The position numbers and the translations under genes were made by a program. From Thermodesulfobacteriota bacterium (lineage in GTDB: Bacteria; Desulfobacterota_D; UBA1144; Nemesobacterales; Nemesobacteraceae): DNA of 59,789 nt. Shown here piece by piece: positions 8,773-17,230 of this stretch. The stretch covers positions 1 to 59,789 of the forward strand of contig JAKZRS010000016.1 in the NCBI GenBank assembly GCA_047518015.1. The letters run 5' to 3'. The notes under the pieces were generated by a model, which worked only from the letters and a program-made list of their open reading frames with translations, searched no databases and was not told where the DNA came from. Positions within the stretch are counted from its first letter, which is position 1. Each line of letters begins with the position of its first letter.

Positions 8773-10071
8773 ATGAAAAAATACATACTCATTTTCGCGG
8801 TTCTTGCGTTTTCCTTGGGAATGTTCGCCGGCACCCCCGATTGTCTCGGGGAAGCGGTGAGCGAGGGAACCGCCGCCGCGGAGCAAATTGACGGGCTCCC
8901 GCCATTCCCCGTGCTTTTGAAAAACGTGGCTACCAGTACCGGTATCTACGGGTTCATTGCGGGCAACGCATCTTCCTGGGTGCACGGGTTCGGGATGCTT
9001 TTAATGATCATGGTAGGGTTTCTTCTTCTCTACCTTGGAATCGCGAAGAAATTCGAACCTCTTCTCCTGGTCACAATAGCTTTCGGTTGCATATTGTCCA
9101 ATATTCCGCTTGCGGGAATAAACGACCCCGGCGGGATAATCTACTACATATACGATATCGGCATAAAGACCGGGGTTTTTCCCCTTCTCATATTCATGGG
9201 TGTCGGAGCGCTTACCGATTTCGGCCCGCTTCTGGCCAATCCTAAAACGGTTCTTCTCGGAGGCGCGGCGCAGTTCGGTATTTTCTCGACACTGATTGGC
9301 GCGCTCGTGCTTACCCGGTACGTGCCCGGAATCGAATTTTCCCTAAGCGACGCGGCGTCAATAGGAATAATAGGGGGAGCGGACGGCCCGACCGCGATTT
9401 ATCTTTCCTCGCAGCTTTCCCCCAGACTTCTCGGTGCTATTTCTGTCGCTGCGTATTCCTACATGGCGCTTGTGCCGATAATTCAGCCCCCGATAATGAA
9501 GGCACTCACTTCTTCTGAGGAGAGAAAAATAAGGATGAAGCAGCTTCGTCCCGTGTCAAAAAGAGAAAGGATAATGTTCCCGCTGATTGCCCTTACTCTC
9601 TGTTTTCTCCTTCTTCCCACCGCGGCGCCGCTCATAGGATTTTTCATGTTCGGCAACCTGATGAGAGAGTGCGGAGTGGTGGACCGGCTGTCGGATACGA
9701 CGAGAAACGCGCTTATCAACATCGTTACCATATTTCTTGGTCTCGGGGTCGGATCGAAGCTTTCAGCTTCTGAATTTCTCTCCATGGAGACCCTGGGCAT
9801 ACTTGTTTTGGGGGTCGTGGCTTTCTGCATAGGCACGGCTGCCGGGGTGCTGATGGCCAAGCTTATGAATGTCTTCTCCGAAACCAAGATAAACCCTCTG
9901 ATCGGTTCGGCCGGAGTTTCCGCGGTTCCGATGGCCGCCCGGGTTTCCCAGGAAATGGGGTCCAAGGAAGATCCCCAGAATGTGCTCCTGATGCACGCCA
10001 TGGGTCCAAACGTGGCCGGTGTCGTGGGTTCGGCCGTGGCGGCGGGAATGCTGCTTGCGGTTTTCCAGTAA
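8773..10071 (+). CDS. oadB: Na+-translocating decarboxylase beta subunit
   Basis: 432-aa polytopic membrane protein. Motifs [14 protein letters not shown] and [14 protein letters not shown] are typical of OadB/GcdB/MmdB. Confidence 0.9.
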   Translation: MKKYILIFAVLAFSLGMFAGTPDCLGEAVSEGTAAAEQIDGLPPFPVLLKNVATSTGIYGFIAGNASSWVHGFGMLLMIMVGFLLLYLGIAKKFEPLLLVTIAFGCILSNIPLAGINDPGGIIYYIYDIGIKTGVFPLLIFMGVGALTDFGPLLANPKTVLLGGAAQFGIFSTLIGALVLTRYVPGIEFSLSDAASIGIIGGADGPTAIYLSSQLSPRLLGAISVAAYSYMALVPIIQPPIMKALTSSEERKIRMKQLRPVSKRERIMFPLIALTLCFLLLPTAAPLIGFFMFGNLMRECGVVDRLSDTTRNALINIVTIFLGLGVGSKLSASEFLSMETLGILVLGVVAFCIGTAAGVLMAKLMNVFSETKINPLIGSAGVSAVPMAARVSQEMGSKEDPQNVLLMHAMGPNVAGVVGSAVAAGMLLAVFQ

Positions 10072-10112
10072 GTTTCTGATTTGTTCGAAGGAATATCTTC
10101 AAGGAAGTTGTA

Positions 10113-10874
10113 ATGAGATTCAAAGGACGGTCTGCGATTATTACCGGAGGGGGAACCGGCATGGGAGAGGCTACGGCGCTTTTACTGGCGCGAAGCGGAG
10201 CCAGGGTTCTGATTGCCGGCAGAAGGGAGGAGAAGCTAAAAGAAGTATGCGGGAAAGCGAAGAATGAGGGACTTTCCATGGAATACAAGGTCTGCGATGT
10301 CTCCGTTGAGGGCGACTGCGCCGCGACCGTAGAGACCGCTCTTTGCGAGCACGGAAAGATCGATATTCTTTTTAACAACGCGGGTATCATCTTTTCCTGC
10401 CCTTTTCACGAAGTCGAAACCGAAAGATTCCAGCAGATGTTCGACATAAACGTGAAAGGAGCGTTCATGATGTGCAAATACGCCATTCCTCACATGATTT
10501 CCGCGGGAAGAGGTTTTATCGTGAATAACTCTTCTGTTCTTGGGTTAAAGGGCTTTGCGGGACTTTCGGCCTACTCGGCGTCTAAGGGGGCCCTTGTTCA
10601 GCTCACAAGAAGCATGGCCCTTGAGTACGCTGACAAAGGACTCAGAATAAACGCCGTCTGTCCCGGCGGGGTTTGGACGCCGATGTTCGACTCTTACTTG
10701 GAGAGAGCCGAGGATGCAGACGCCGCCCAGGCTTTCATGGAGTCGCTTCACCCCATGGGACGGCTTGCCGACCCCTACGAAATAGCCGAAGCGGTTCTAT
10801 TTCTCTGCGATGAGAAAATCATGTTCAACACGGGTTCGATGCTTTCCATCGATGGCGGCATTATAGCCAAGTGA
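10113..10874 (+). CDS. SDR-family oxidoreductase
   Basis: TGGGTGMGEA cofactor motif, NNAG, and YSASKGAL catalytic motif. Confidence 0.85.
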   Translation: MRFKGRSAIITGGGTGMGEATALLLARSGARVLIAGRREEKLKEVCGKAKNEGLSMEYKVCDVSVEGDCAATVETALCEHGKIDILFNNAGIIFSCPFHEVETERFQQMFDINVKGAFMMCKYAIPHMISAGRGFIVNNSSVLGLKGFAGLSAYSASKGALVQLTRSMALEYADKGLRINAVCPGGVWTPMFDSYLERAEDADAAQAFMESLHPMGRLADPYEIAEAVLFLCDEKIMFNTGSMLSIDGGIIAK

Positions 10875-10946
10875 TCCCGGTTCGACCGGTTGCGGCCGAG
10901 CGCCGGGCCGGGTTCGAAAAACAGTTTCTTTACAGCCCCTGAAAAT

Positions 10947-12260
10947 TTACGGAACCTGATCAGGTGTTACGTCTTCTAAATCCGGAATGCTGAAAACCTG
11001 TCTGGTGCGCCCGCCCGTGGCATTGTATGTGTAGACAGAATAGCACCCCGCTCCTATGTCTCCGTTTTCATCAAAATCTATCGGCCCTGAAACTCCTTCA
11101 TAATTAATGTCGTTATTGGCAGCGGTCTCATCGGTAAGGGCAGCGGCGCACTCGGCGTAGCTTAAGCAGCGGTTCCCCCCTCCCGTGACCTCCGCCATTT
11201 CGGAAACGTACTCGGAAGGATCCGTGCTTTCGGCGCTCAGGGACGCAAGCGCGACCGCTACCACCGCGTCATACGTATGGACGGTGAACTGAAGGGAAGG
11301 AAATTCTTCCGGGTCAAAGCGTTTTTCAAACTCGTCTTTTCTTTCGGGAGGATCCGGCAGCGCGCACGGAGTCGTGCTCTTGAAGCCTTCGACCGCGGCG
11401 GGTTTTTCCGGGTCCACCAGCTCGTGCAGGTTAGCAACCGCAAGCGAATCTGAGACGTAATACTTAGCGGTTGAGGGAACAACCGGTGAGTCGAGCATGC
11501 CTTTTATTATCTTTTCTCCTTCTCCTTCAGATACGATCATGATTATGGAACCTACGTCGCTGATTCCGCTTACCGCCTCGACATCATTAAGCACGTTACG
11601 GGTTTTTTCGTTAAAATCCGGATCGTCAGAATCATATAGCTCGTAATTAACGACCTTGGCCTCAGGACGATCCTGAGAGAGGAGTTCTTGGTTGATCAGT
11701 TCCGTGAGCTTCACTCCATAGTTGTCGCCGCGGTGGACTATAAGCACTTCGCCCTCGTTTTGCACCTGGGCCACCAGAATTTTTGCCTGAAACGAATCTG
11801 TTGGAACGGTCCTGAAGAAAAAGGGAGTTTTCCCGGCCTGGATGAGCTCCTGATTGTTCTCAGTAAGGGTAACGGAGGTGGCGGAAGGCGAGACCGCGAC
11901 CAGGCTGTTTTCAACAAGGAAATCAAAAATTTTAACGGAGTTCCCCGAGGTTCCCGGTCCTATTATGGCTCTTGCGCCCATTGCCAGAAGTTCCTTGGCG
12001 GAGACAAGAGGGGTTGTAGAGTCTCCCATGATAAGCTTTACGTTTCCCCCGGCCCGGTTAATGTCGTCCCTCGCGAGTTTCGCGGCCTTTATAAGGGAAT
12101 AGCGAAGTTCGGTTGTCTGGAGAAGCACGCCTATGCAGAGGGCGTCCTCGCAGCCGGTGTCGGCTTGCTCGTCGTCCCCGTTGCCGCATCCCAAGGGTAA
12201 AAGAAGGCCGGCAAGTGCAAAGGAAATAATCAAAAACGCCGTTTTTATTTCGGTCTTCAT
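10947..12260 (-). CDS. ABC-type substrate-binding lipoprotein, type-1 PBP (Leu/Ile/Val-binding-like)
   Basis: Start moved to ATG 12260 (MKTEIKTAFLIISFALAGLLLPLGCG lipobox). PBP1-like core (IIGPGTSGNS...AVSPSATS). No transporter genes adjacent. Confidence 0.75.
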   Translation of the reverse strand: MKTEIKTAFLIISFALAGLLLPLGCGNGDDEQADTGCEDALCIGVLLQTTELRYSLIKAAKLARDDINRAGGNVKLIMGDSTTPLVSAKELLAMGARAIIGPGTSGNSVKIFDFLVENSLVAVSPSATSVTLTENNQELIQAGKTPFFFRTVPTDSFQAKILVAQVQNEGEVLIVHRGDNYGVKLTELINQELLSQDRPEAKVVNYELYDSDDPDFNEKTRNVLNDVEAVSGISDVGSIIMIVSEGEGEKIIKGMLDSPVVPSTAKYYVSDSLAVANLHELVDPEKPAAVEGFKSTTPCALPDPPERKDEFEKRFDPEEFPSLQFTVHTYDAVVAVALASLSAESTDPSEYVSEMAEVTGGGNRCLSYAECAAALTDETAANNDINYEGVSGPIDFDENGDIGAGCYSVYTYNATGGRTRQVFSIPDLEDVTPDQVP

Positions 12261-12418
12261 GGCGACTGCATCCCTTCCGTGCGCCATTCGGTTTAAATCG
12301 TGCCTCCGGGAATGGAAAACGGATCTAATATTACCCTGAATTGGATTATAACCCTAGAATACTTATGCATACAAACACCACGGCGCCCGGGAATTACACG
12401 AATTTTTCCATTTTGTCC

Positions 12419-12446
12419 TTGACGGCTTGCAATAACTGATTACAAT
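12419..12446 (+). promoter_or_regulatory. sigma-70-type promoter candidate for the fur-family gene
   Basis: TTGACG (12419-12424), 16-nt spacer, TACAAT (12441-12446). Confidence 0.4.
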
Positions 12447-12452
12447 TCCAAT

Positions 12453-12467
12453 TGAAAATTATTCTCA
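12453..12467. promoter_or_regulatory. Fur-box-like 7-1-7 inverted repeat TGAAAAT-T-ATTCTCA
   Basis: 13 of 15 match to the Fur 7-1-7 consensus TGATAATnATTATCA, with symmetric mismatches. It sits immediately downstream of the -10 candidate and 15 nt before the fur-family ATG. Confidence 0.45.
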
Positions 12468-12481
12468 TTTAACCGGTCGCT

Positions 12482-12934
12482 ATGCTTAAAGATTTTGAGT
12501 GCACTCAGGAATCGTATGCCAAGGAGGTTCTGCGGGGAAAGGGACTTAAGTCCACCGCGCAGCGTCTTGCCGTTGTTCATGTTCTGCACACAAGCGGGAA
12601 GTCGCTTTCGGTTGGTGAAATACACGACGGGGTGAAAGAGATGCTTGGTGCCACGGGGCTTGCTACCATCTACAGAACACTTGAGATGTTTGAGGATCTG
12701 AGAGTCGTGAAACGTCTTCATTTTCCCGACGGCGGTCACGGCTACGCGTTTTCCCAAGGCGAACACGTTCACCACATGGTGTGCGTTGAATGCAGGGGGG
12801 TTTTCGATTTTTCCGAGTGTCCGGTGGAGAGCTTTGATTACGCTTCCGTTGAAAAACAGGGTTTTCGTGTAAAGGATCATTTCATACAGCTTTTCGGCCA
12901 GTGCGGAAAATGCAGGGAGCAGGTTGAGTGTTAG
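12482..12934 (+). CDS. Fur-family transcriptional regulator (Fur/Zur/PerR type not resolved)
   Basis: 150 aa. N-terminal winged helix (RLAVVHVLHTSGKSLSVGEI), HHMVCVECRGVFDF and C-terminal CGKC, giving the CxxC...CxxC structural Zn site. Confidence 0.85.
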   Translation: MLKDFECTQESYAKEVLRGKGLKSTAQRLAVVHVLHTSGKSLSVGEIHDGVKEMLGATGLATIYRTLEMFEDLRVVKRLHFPDGGHGYAFSQGEHVHHMVCVECRGVFDFSECPVESFDYASVEKQGFRVKDHFIQLFGQCGKCREQVEC

Positions 12935-12971
12935 AGGATTTGCCGGCAGAGGCCGCTTAACATTGGATATA

Positions 12972-13358
12972 ATGAACCAGACAAAACTTGAGAGATTTAC
13001 CGATTACACATCGATATCACTTGCGGGTATCTGCGCCGTCCACTGTTTTTTGACGCCGGTGGCGCTCATACTGTTCCCGGTCGTGGGTTCGACCTTGTTG
13101 TTTGAAGAGATTTTTCACGAACTGATGCTTCTGCTGGTTATTCCTGCGAGCGTGGTCGCCATATTCCTCGGCTGTCGCCGCCATAAGGATTTAAACGTGA
13201 TAATGCTGGGGATCTTGGGACTTTGCTTCCTCTTGGCAGGGGCCTTCGCGGCTACGGGCTACGAAGATTCGGTCCTCACTCTTATCGGCGCTTTCATAAT
13301 GGTTTTGGGCCATCTGCGTAATTTCAGGCTCTGTAGAAAAGATGGCTGCGAGCACTGA
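12972..13358 (+). CDS. MerC-domain-like small membrane protein
   Basis: Four predicted TM helices. Cys/His motif GICAVHC in TM1 and C-terminal CRKDGCEH. ATG 12972 is preferred over the TTG 12924 that overlaps fur. Family assignment is from memory of the MerC-domain CxxHC pattern. Confidence 0.5.
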   Translation: MNQTKLERFTDYTSISLAGICAVHCFLTPVALILFPVVGSTLLFEEIFHELMLLLVIPASVVAIFLGCRRHKDLNVIMLGILGLCFLLAGAFAATGYEDSVLTLIGAFIMVLGHLRNFRLCRKDGCEH

Positions 13359-13474
13359 GAACCAACGCCCTTTTTTTGAATCTCTGCCCAAGAGTTTGCG
13401 GCACAAACGGACGGAACTTAGTTGTCCGCAGCGGGTTGCTCGCTGAAATAAATGAAAGAAATTTTAAAATTTTC

Positions 13475-13502
13475 TTGAAAACCTTTTTTTTTTATGGATA
13501 AT
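13475..13502 (+). promoter_or_regulatory. sigma-70-type promoter candidate for rpmG-rpmB
   Basis: TTGAAA (13475-13480), 16-nt T-rich spacer, GATAAT (13497-13502), preceded by an AT-rich UP-like tract. Confidence 0.4.
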
Positions 13503-13528
13503 AACGATTCACTTTTCCGAGGGTCAAA

Positions 13529-13690
13529 ATGGGAAAATCGCTAAACAGAGTACTTGTGAAGATGAAAAGCACCGAGAGTCCTTTCATGTACTACACGAAG
13601 AAAAACAAGATAAATACTCCCGACCGTCTTGAACTGAAAAAGTATGACCCGGTGATAAGAAAGCACGTCGTTTTCAAGGAGACCAAGTAG
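13529..13690 (+). CDS. rpmG: 50S ribosomal protein L33
   Basis: Below the ORF-track cutoff. Own translation: [53 protein letters not shown] followed by TAG. Confidence 0.9.
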   Translation: MGKSLNRVLVKMKSTESPFMYYTKKNKINTPDRLELKKYDPVIRKHVVFKETK

Positions 13691-13705
13691 TCAAAGGAGA
13701 TTCGG

Positions 13706-13948
13706 ATGGCCCGCCGTTGCGCTATAACAGGGAAAAAGCCTCTTTTCGGAAACAGTGTTTCCCACGCGAACAACCACGTTAAAAGGCGCCAGAATCCGAA
13801 CCTGCACTGGAAAAAGATATATGTTCCGGAGATAGACAGGTACGTGAGGATAAGGATTTCCGCCCGCGCGCTAAGAACGATCACCAGAAAAGGTCTTATG
13901 CCCTACCTAAGGGACGAAGGTCTTACCTTAAGGGACATAACCCGCTAA
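13706..13948 (+). CDS. rpmB: 50S ribosomal protein L28
   Basis: MARRCAITGKKPLFGNSVSHANNHVKRRQNPNL is the canonical L28 N-terminus. Confidence 0.9.
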   Translation: MARRCAITGKKPLFGNSVSHANNHVKRRQNPNLHWKKIYVPEIDRYVRIRISARALRTITRKGLMPYLRDEGLTLRDITR

Positions 13949-13955
13949 TTCCTTA

Positions 13956-14843
13956 CTAATTTATCAGATACGAAATAACGAACGGAAGCACTAAAAGGGA
14001 GACTACCGTTCCGGCCACTATTATTGACGCTACAGTCTGAGAGTCCCTTCCGTATTTCTCCGCGAGCACGAAGTTAAAAACCGCGGGTGGCATCGAGCAC
14101 TCGAGAATAACCACTTTTGCCTCGACCCCTTTCAAGCCGAACATGTTTACGAACAGTACTCCCAGAAAAACCCCAAGAAATATCCTGGCGGAGCCGAAGA
14201 AAAATGAAAGCCAAAGCTTCGCGAGCTTCATTTCAGAGAGCTTGTATCCGAGCGAGAAAAGCATCGCAGGTATAGTGATTTCCCCTAGAAGGGTTACCGG
14301 TCTCTCGATAACTACCGGCATATCAAAGCCGACATAGTTGATGATTATTCCTGCTACGGTGGCGTATATCAGAGGGAGTTTGAAGATCTCGCGCAGGCCT
14401 TTTCCTGAACCGAGAATCAGGATTCCCACCGTGTAGTGAAGCAACATGGTCGAAACGACGCAGAGTATCGCGATATTGAACCCGTACTGCCCGAACGCGA
14501 AAAGACAGAGGGGAAGACCCAGGTTCCCGGTGTTTGCGAAAACCACGGGGGGCAGATATACCCTCGAGTCAAGCCGAAACATTCTGGTGAGGACTCCGCC
14601 GATTATGATGGTAACGAAAATGACTGCCGATATCGAAAGAAACAGCCTAGCCGTTACAGACGGATCCATGGTGAAATCGGAAAGGGACGAGATTATTAGA
14701 CACGGAGTGGTCACGTAAATCACAAGATCGTTGATTGAAGAGATGTCTATTTTTTTCGTCCTGCTGAAAAGAAAACCTGCAGCGATTACAAGAAACGCCG
14801 GCAGGACGATGTTTGCAAGCTGCGGGATTGAGGAAAGAGTCAT
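13956..14843 (-). CDS. AEC (auxin efflux carrier) family permease
   Basis: 295-aa polytopic membrane protein with an AEC-like N-terminus (LPAFLVIAAGFLFSR) and two-repeat topology. Confidence 0.75.
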   Translation of the reverse strand: MTLSSIPQLANIVLPAFLVIAAGFLFSRTKKIDISSINDLVIYVTTPCLIISSLSDFTMDPSVTARLFLSISAVIFVTIIIGGVLTRMFRLDSRVYLPPVVFANTGNLGLPLCLFAFGQYGFNIAILCVVSTMLLHYTVGILILGSGKGLREIFKLPLIYATVAGIIINYVGFDMPVVIERPVTLLGEITIPAMLFSLGYKLSEMKLAKLWLSFFFGSARIFLGVFLGVLFVNMFGLKGVEAKVVILECSMPPAVFNFVLAEKYGRDSQTVASIIVAGTVVSLLVLPFVISYLIN

Positions 14844-14916
14844 GTTGTGCGTTTTTTTTCCGTGAAGAAAAGAAGGAGTGTCTTTGGTAAGCCGGATACA
14901 GCGTCAGGGGTGGTAT

Positions 14917-15894
14917 TCAGAGTTTTACCACGGAGGCGCCCCAGGTGAAACCGGCTCCGAAAGCCGCGAACAGCACCAGGTTTCCTTCTTTTACCCTTCC
15001 TTGGCGAATTGCCTCGTCAAGGGCCAGTGGGATTGAAGCCCCGGAAGTGTTTCCGTACCTGTCTAGGTTTACAAACACTTTTTCTTCCGGGAAATTCAGC
15101 CTCTTTCTTACGGCTTCCAGAATTCTTTGGTTTGCTTGGTGAGGAACGAAAAGATCAATATCTTCGGGCTCAAGGTCGGCTTCTTTAATGGCGTTTATGG
15201 TTGCCGATTCCATGCTCTTGACGGCGACTTTAAACACGTCGTTTCCCTTCATCTTTATGTATTGATCTCTGGTTTTAAGCACCTGTTCGTTGATTGGTGT
15301 CCTTGAACCTCCTGCCGGAACATAGAGAAGATCCCAGTCTCTTCCGTCTGATCTGAGAAGGGACGAGAGAATTCCCGGCTCATCAGAAGCGGTAAGCACG
15401 GCTGCGCCCGCCCCGTCACCAAAGAGTATGCAGGTTGAGCGGTCCTCGAAATCGGTGACCTTCGAGAGAGTATCAACCCCTATCACGAGAATTTTCTCCG
15501 CCGCGCCTGATTTTATTATTCCCTGAGCAACGTGAAGCGCGTAAAGAAACCCCGAACAGCCGGCCATGAGATCAAAAGCGTAGGCGTTTTTTGCTCCTAG
15601 GAGGCTCTGCACCACGCAGCCTGTTGAAGGAAAAAGGAAATCGGGGGTAATGGTTCCAACTATGATTACGTCAAGATCGCTTGGTTTTACGTTTGCCGCC
15701 TTCAGGGCTTTTTTGGCGGCTTCATAAGCAATATCAGAAGAAGCGGTATCCTGATCCGCAATCCTGCGTTCCTTTATTCCTGTTCTGGACGTAATCCACT
15801 CGTCGGAAGTCTCGACCATCTTTTCCAGATCGGAATTGGAAAGTATGGTGTCGGGAACCGAAGAACCGGTTCCTATAATTTTTACGTACTTCAA
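14917..15894 (-). CDS. fabH: beta-ketoacyl-ACP synthase III
   Basis: 325 aa. SDEWITSRTGIKERR, active-site AGCSGF, HQANQRI, and GNTSGASIPLAL. Confidence 0.9.
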   Translation of the reverse strand: MKYVKIIGTGSSVPDTILSNSDLEKMVETSDEWITSRTGIKERRIADQDTASSDIAYEAAKKALKAANVKPSDLDVIIVGTITPDFLFPSTGCVVQSLLGAKNAYAFDLMAGCSGFLYALHVAQGIIKSGAAEKILVIGVDTLSKVTDFEDRSTCILFGDGAGAAVLTASDEPGILSSLLRSDGRDWDLLYVPAGGSRTPINEQVLKTRDQYIKMKGNDVFKVAVKSMESATINAIKEADLEPEDIDLFVPHQANQRILEAVRKRLNFPEEKVFVNLDRYGNTSGASIPLALDEAIRQGRVKEGNLVLFAAFGAGFTWGASVVKL

Positions 15895-15933
15895 TTTGGA
15901 ATCTATCTCCGAAGCGGTTAGCGCAATAATAGT

Positions 15934-16407
15934 TTAAAGGCCTGATTTTGTCAATTGATCAGTGATTTCGTAAACGATGTTTTTCAGCGGTTCCATTTCG
16001 GTATCAGTCATCTCCACCGTGATCATATGATGTGCCTCGTCGCAGAGAAAAAGAAGGGAGAACAGCCCGAGTCTTGCTAGGGTGGAAAGAAAAAAGGTCT
16101 CCTCCGAAGATTCGGTGAGAAAAAAATATTCGTACTTGAGTTTGAGATTTCTGCCAGTTTTTAATCTTATCTCCATGGCGACTGAGGGGAATTCCTCTTT
16201 CTCCACCGTGAAAAAACGCGTTGATATTTCCTTGGTATCGGCAAGTGCTGCGACTTTTCCCTGGTCTTCCTTGAAGATCATCACACAGCCTTCGTCTGTT
16301 ACGTGCGGTACGCATCCGTAGAGGATTTGCGAGAGCGCTATTTGCAGTTCCATGTCAGGCTCAAGCGCCTCGTATGCTGTCTGAGATGCGGAAAATATTC
16401 TTGACAT
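15934..16407 (-). CDS. hypothetical protein (orphan, 157 aa)
   Basis: Clean ORF, no motif I recognise. Divergent from the small-protein locus. Confidence 0.5.
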   Translation of the reverse strand: MSRIFSASQTAYEALEPDMELQIALSQILYGCVPHVTDEGCVMIFKEDQGKVAALADTKEISTRFFTVEKEEFPSVAMEIRLKTGRNLKLKYEYFFLTESSEETFFLSTLARLGLFSLLFLCDEAHHMITVEMTDTEMEPLKNIVYEITDQLTKSGL

Positions 16408-16518
16408 ATCGTTAAGTCAATCAGTATGATTAAAAAGAGGATTCAGGTATTTGTGGACTTCAGGTTCGTGAATCTGGCATAAGTAGTATAAAGAGTATCA
16501 GGAGGATAGATAGATTTC

Positions 16519-16785
16519 ATGACAATGCAAGGTAATGAGTTAGTGCTGTTAGCGATCGTAATTCTTATCATAGGGATATTCCTTATGTTAAGCGAAGGAG
16601 GAGGAGGGCAGCAGGCTTCCGAATCACCTGCCCCGCCTGAACCCCAGGAGCCCCAAAGCGATGAGGATCCTTTTCAGTCTGCGCAGGAGGCGTCGGCAAG
16701 CGTAGCGGCGGCGCCGAGCGCGGCAGCTCCTCCAGATTCCGGTGCTGCTTCGGGAGATGTGGATCCATTTCAGTCTCCGTCCTAA
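16519..16785 (+). CDS. small membrane-anchored Pro/Ala/Glu-rich protein with two acidic-DPFQS motifs
   Basis: AGGAGG upstream. N-terminal helix LVLLAIVILIIGIFLML, then PAPPEPQEPQSDEDPFQS...GDVDPFQSPS. Confidence 0.5.
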   Translation: MTMQGNELVLLAIVILIIGIFLMLSEGGGGQQASESPAPPEPQEPQSDEDPFQSAQEASASVAAAPSAAAPPDSGAASGDVDPFQSPS

Positions 16786-16893
16786 CCGAGGGAAGTCTGC
16801 AGGTAGAAATGATTTTTCACGTTTAGAACCGAGTTGTCCTTTGGTCGTTACGTGAATATATCAGGGTGGGTTACGCTCCGCTAGCAGTTGAAT
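16625..16893. repeat. tandem segmental duplication, copy 1
   Basis: Aligns almost base for base with 16984-17230, with one 21-nt indel. Confidence 0.85.
16782..16893 (-). pseudogene. relic 3' end of the BtuF-like gene, carried in duplication copy 1
   Basis: The reverse complement reads ...DNSVLNVKNHFYLQTSLG followed by a stop, versus the live ...KDSVLNVKNHFYLQTFLG at 17120. Further upstream it is degenerate, with an in-frame TGA and an indel. Confidence 0.6.
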
Positions 16894-16919
16894 ATTTTTA
16901 ATAGGTAGGAGTGTTTTTT

Positions 16920-17123
16920 ATGTCAAATGAAAGAGGAGATGTAAATCCTTTTCAGTCTGCGGTAGTGCATGCAAGTACCGAGCCACCCGCTCCGCCTGAA
17001 CCTCAAGAGCCCCAAAGCGATGTGGATCCTTTTCGGTCCGCGGTAGCGGCCGCAAGTGCAGAGGCTCCTTCAGATTCCGGTGATGCTTCGGGAGAGGTGG
17101 ATCTATTTCAGGCTCCGTCCTAA
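16920..17123 (+). CDS. small soluble paralogue with three [DN]-[PL]-F-[QR]-[SA] motifs
   Basis: TAGGAG SD 9 nt before ATG 16920. MSNERGDVNPFQS...SDVDPFRS...GEVDLFQAPS. The 3' two-thirds lies in duplication copy 2. Confidence 0.45.
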   Translation: MSNERGDVNPFQSAVVHASTEPPAPPEPQEPQSDVDPFRSAVAAASAEAPSDSGDASGEVDLFQAPS

Positions 17124-17230
17124 CCGAGAAAAGTCTGCAGGTAGAAATGGTTTTTCACGTTTAGAACCGAGTCCTTCCTCGGGCGTTGTGTGAATATATC
17201 GGAGTGGATCACACCCGCCAGCAGTTCAAT
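16984..17230. repeat. tandem segmental duplication, copy 2
   Basis: See copy 1. Spans the 3' part of the second small ORF plus the live 3' end of gene 17120-18070. Confidence 0.85.

Noticed and set aside
10875-10946. tRNA-like GGGTTCGAA sequence in the SDR/SBP convergent gap
   Set aside because: No acceptor stem, D-arm or anticodon arm can be drawn around it. It is only a chance T-loop-like hexamer within GC-rich hairpin-forming spacer.
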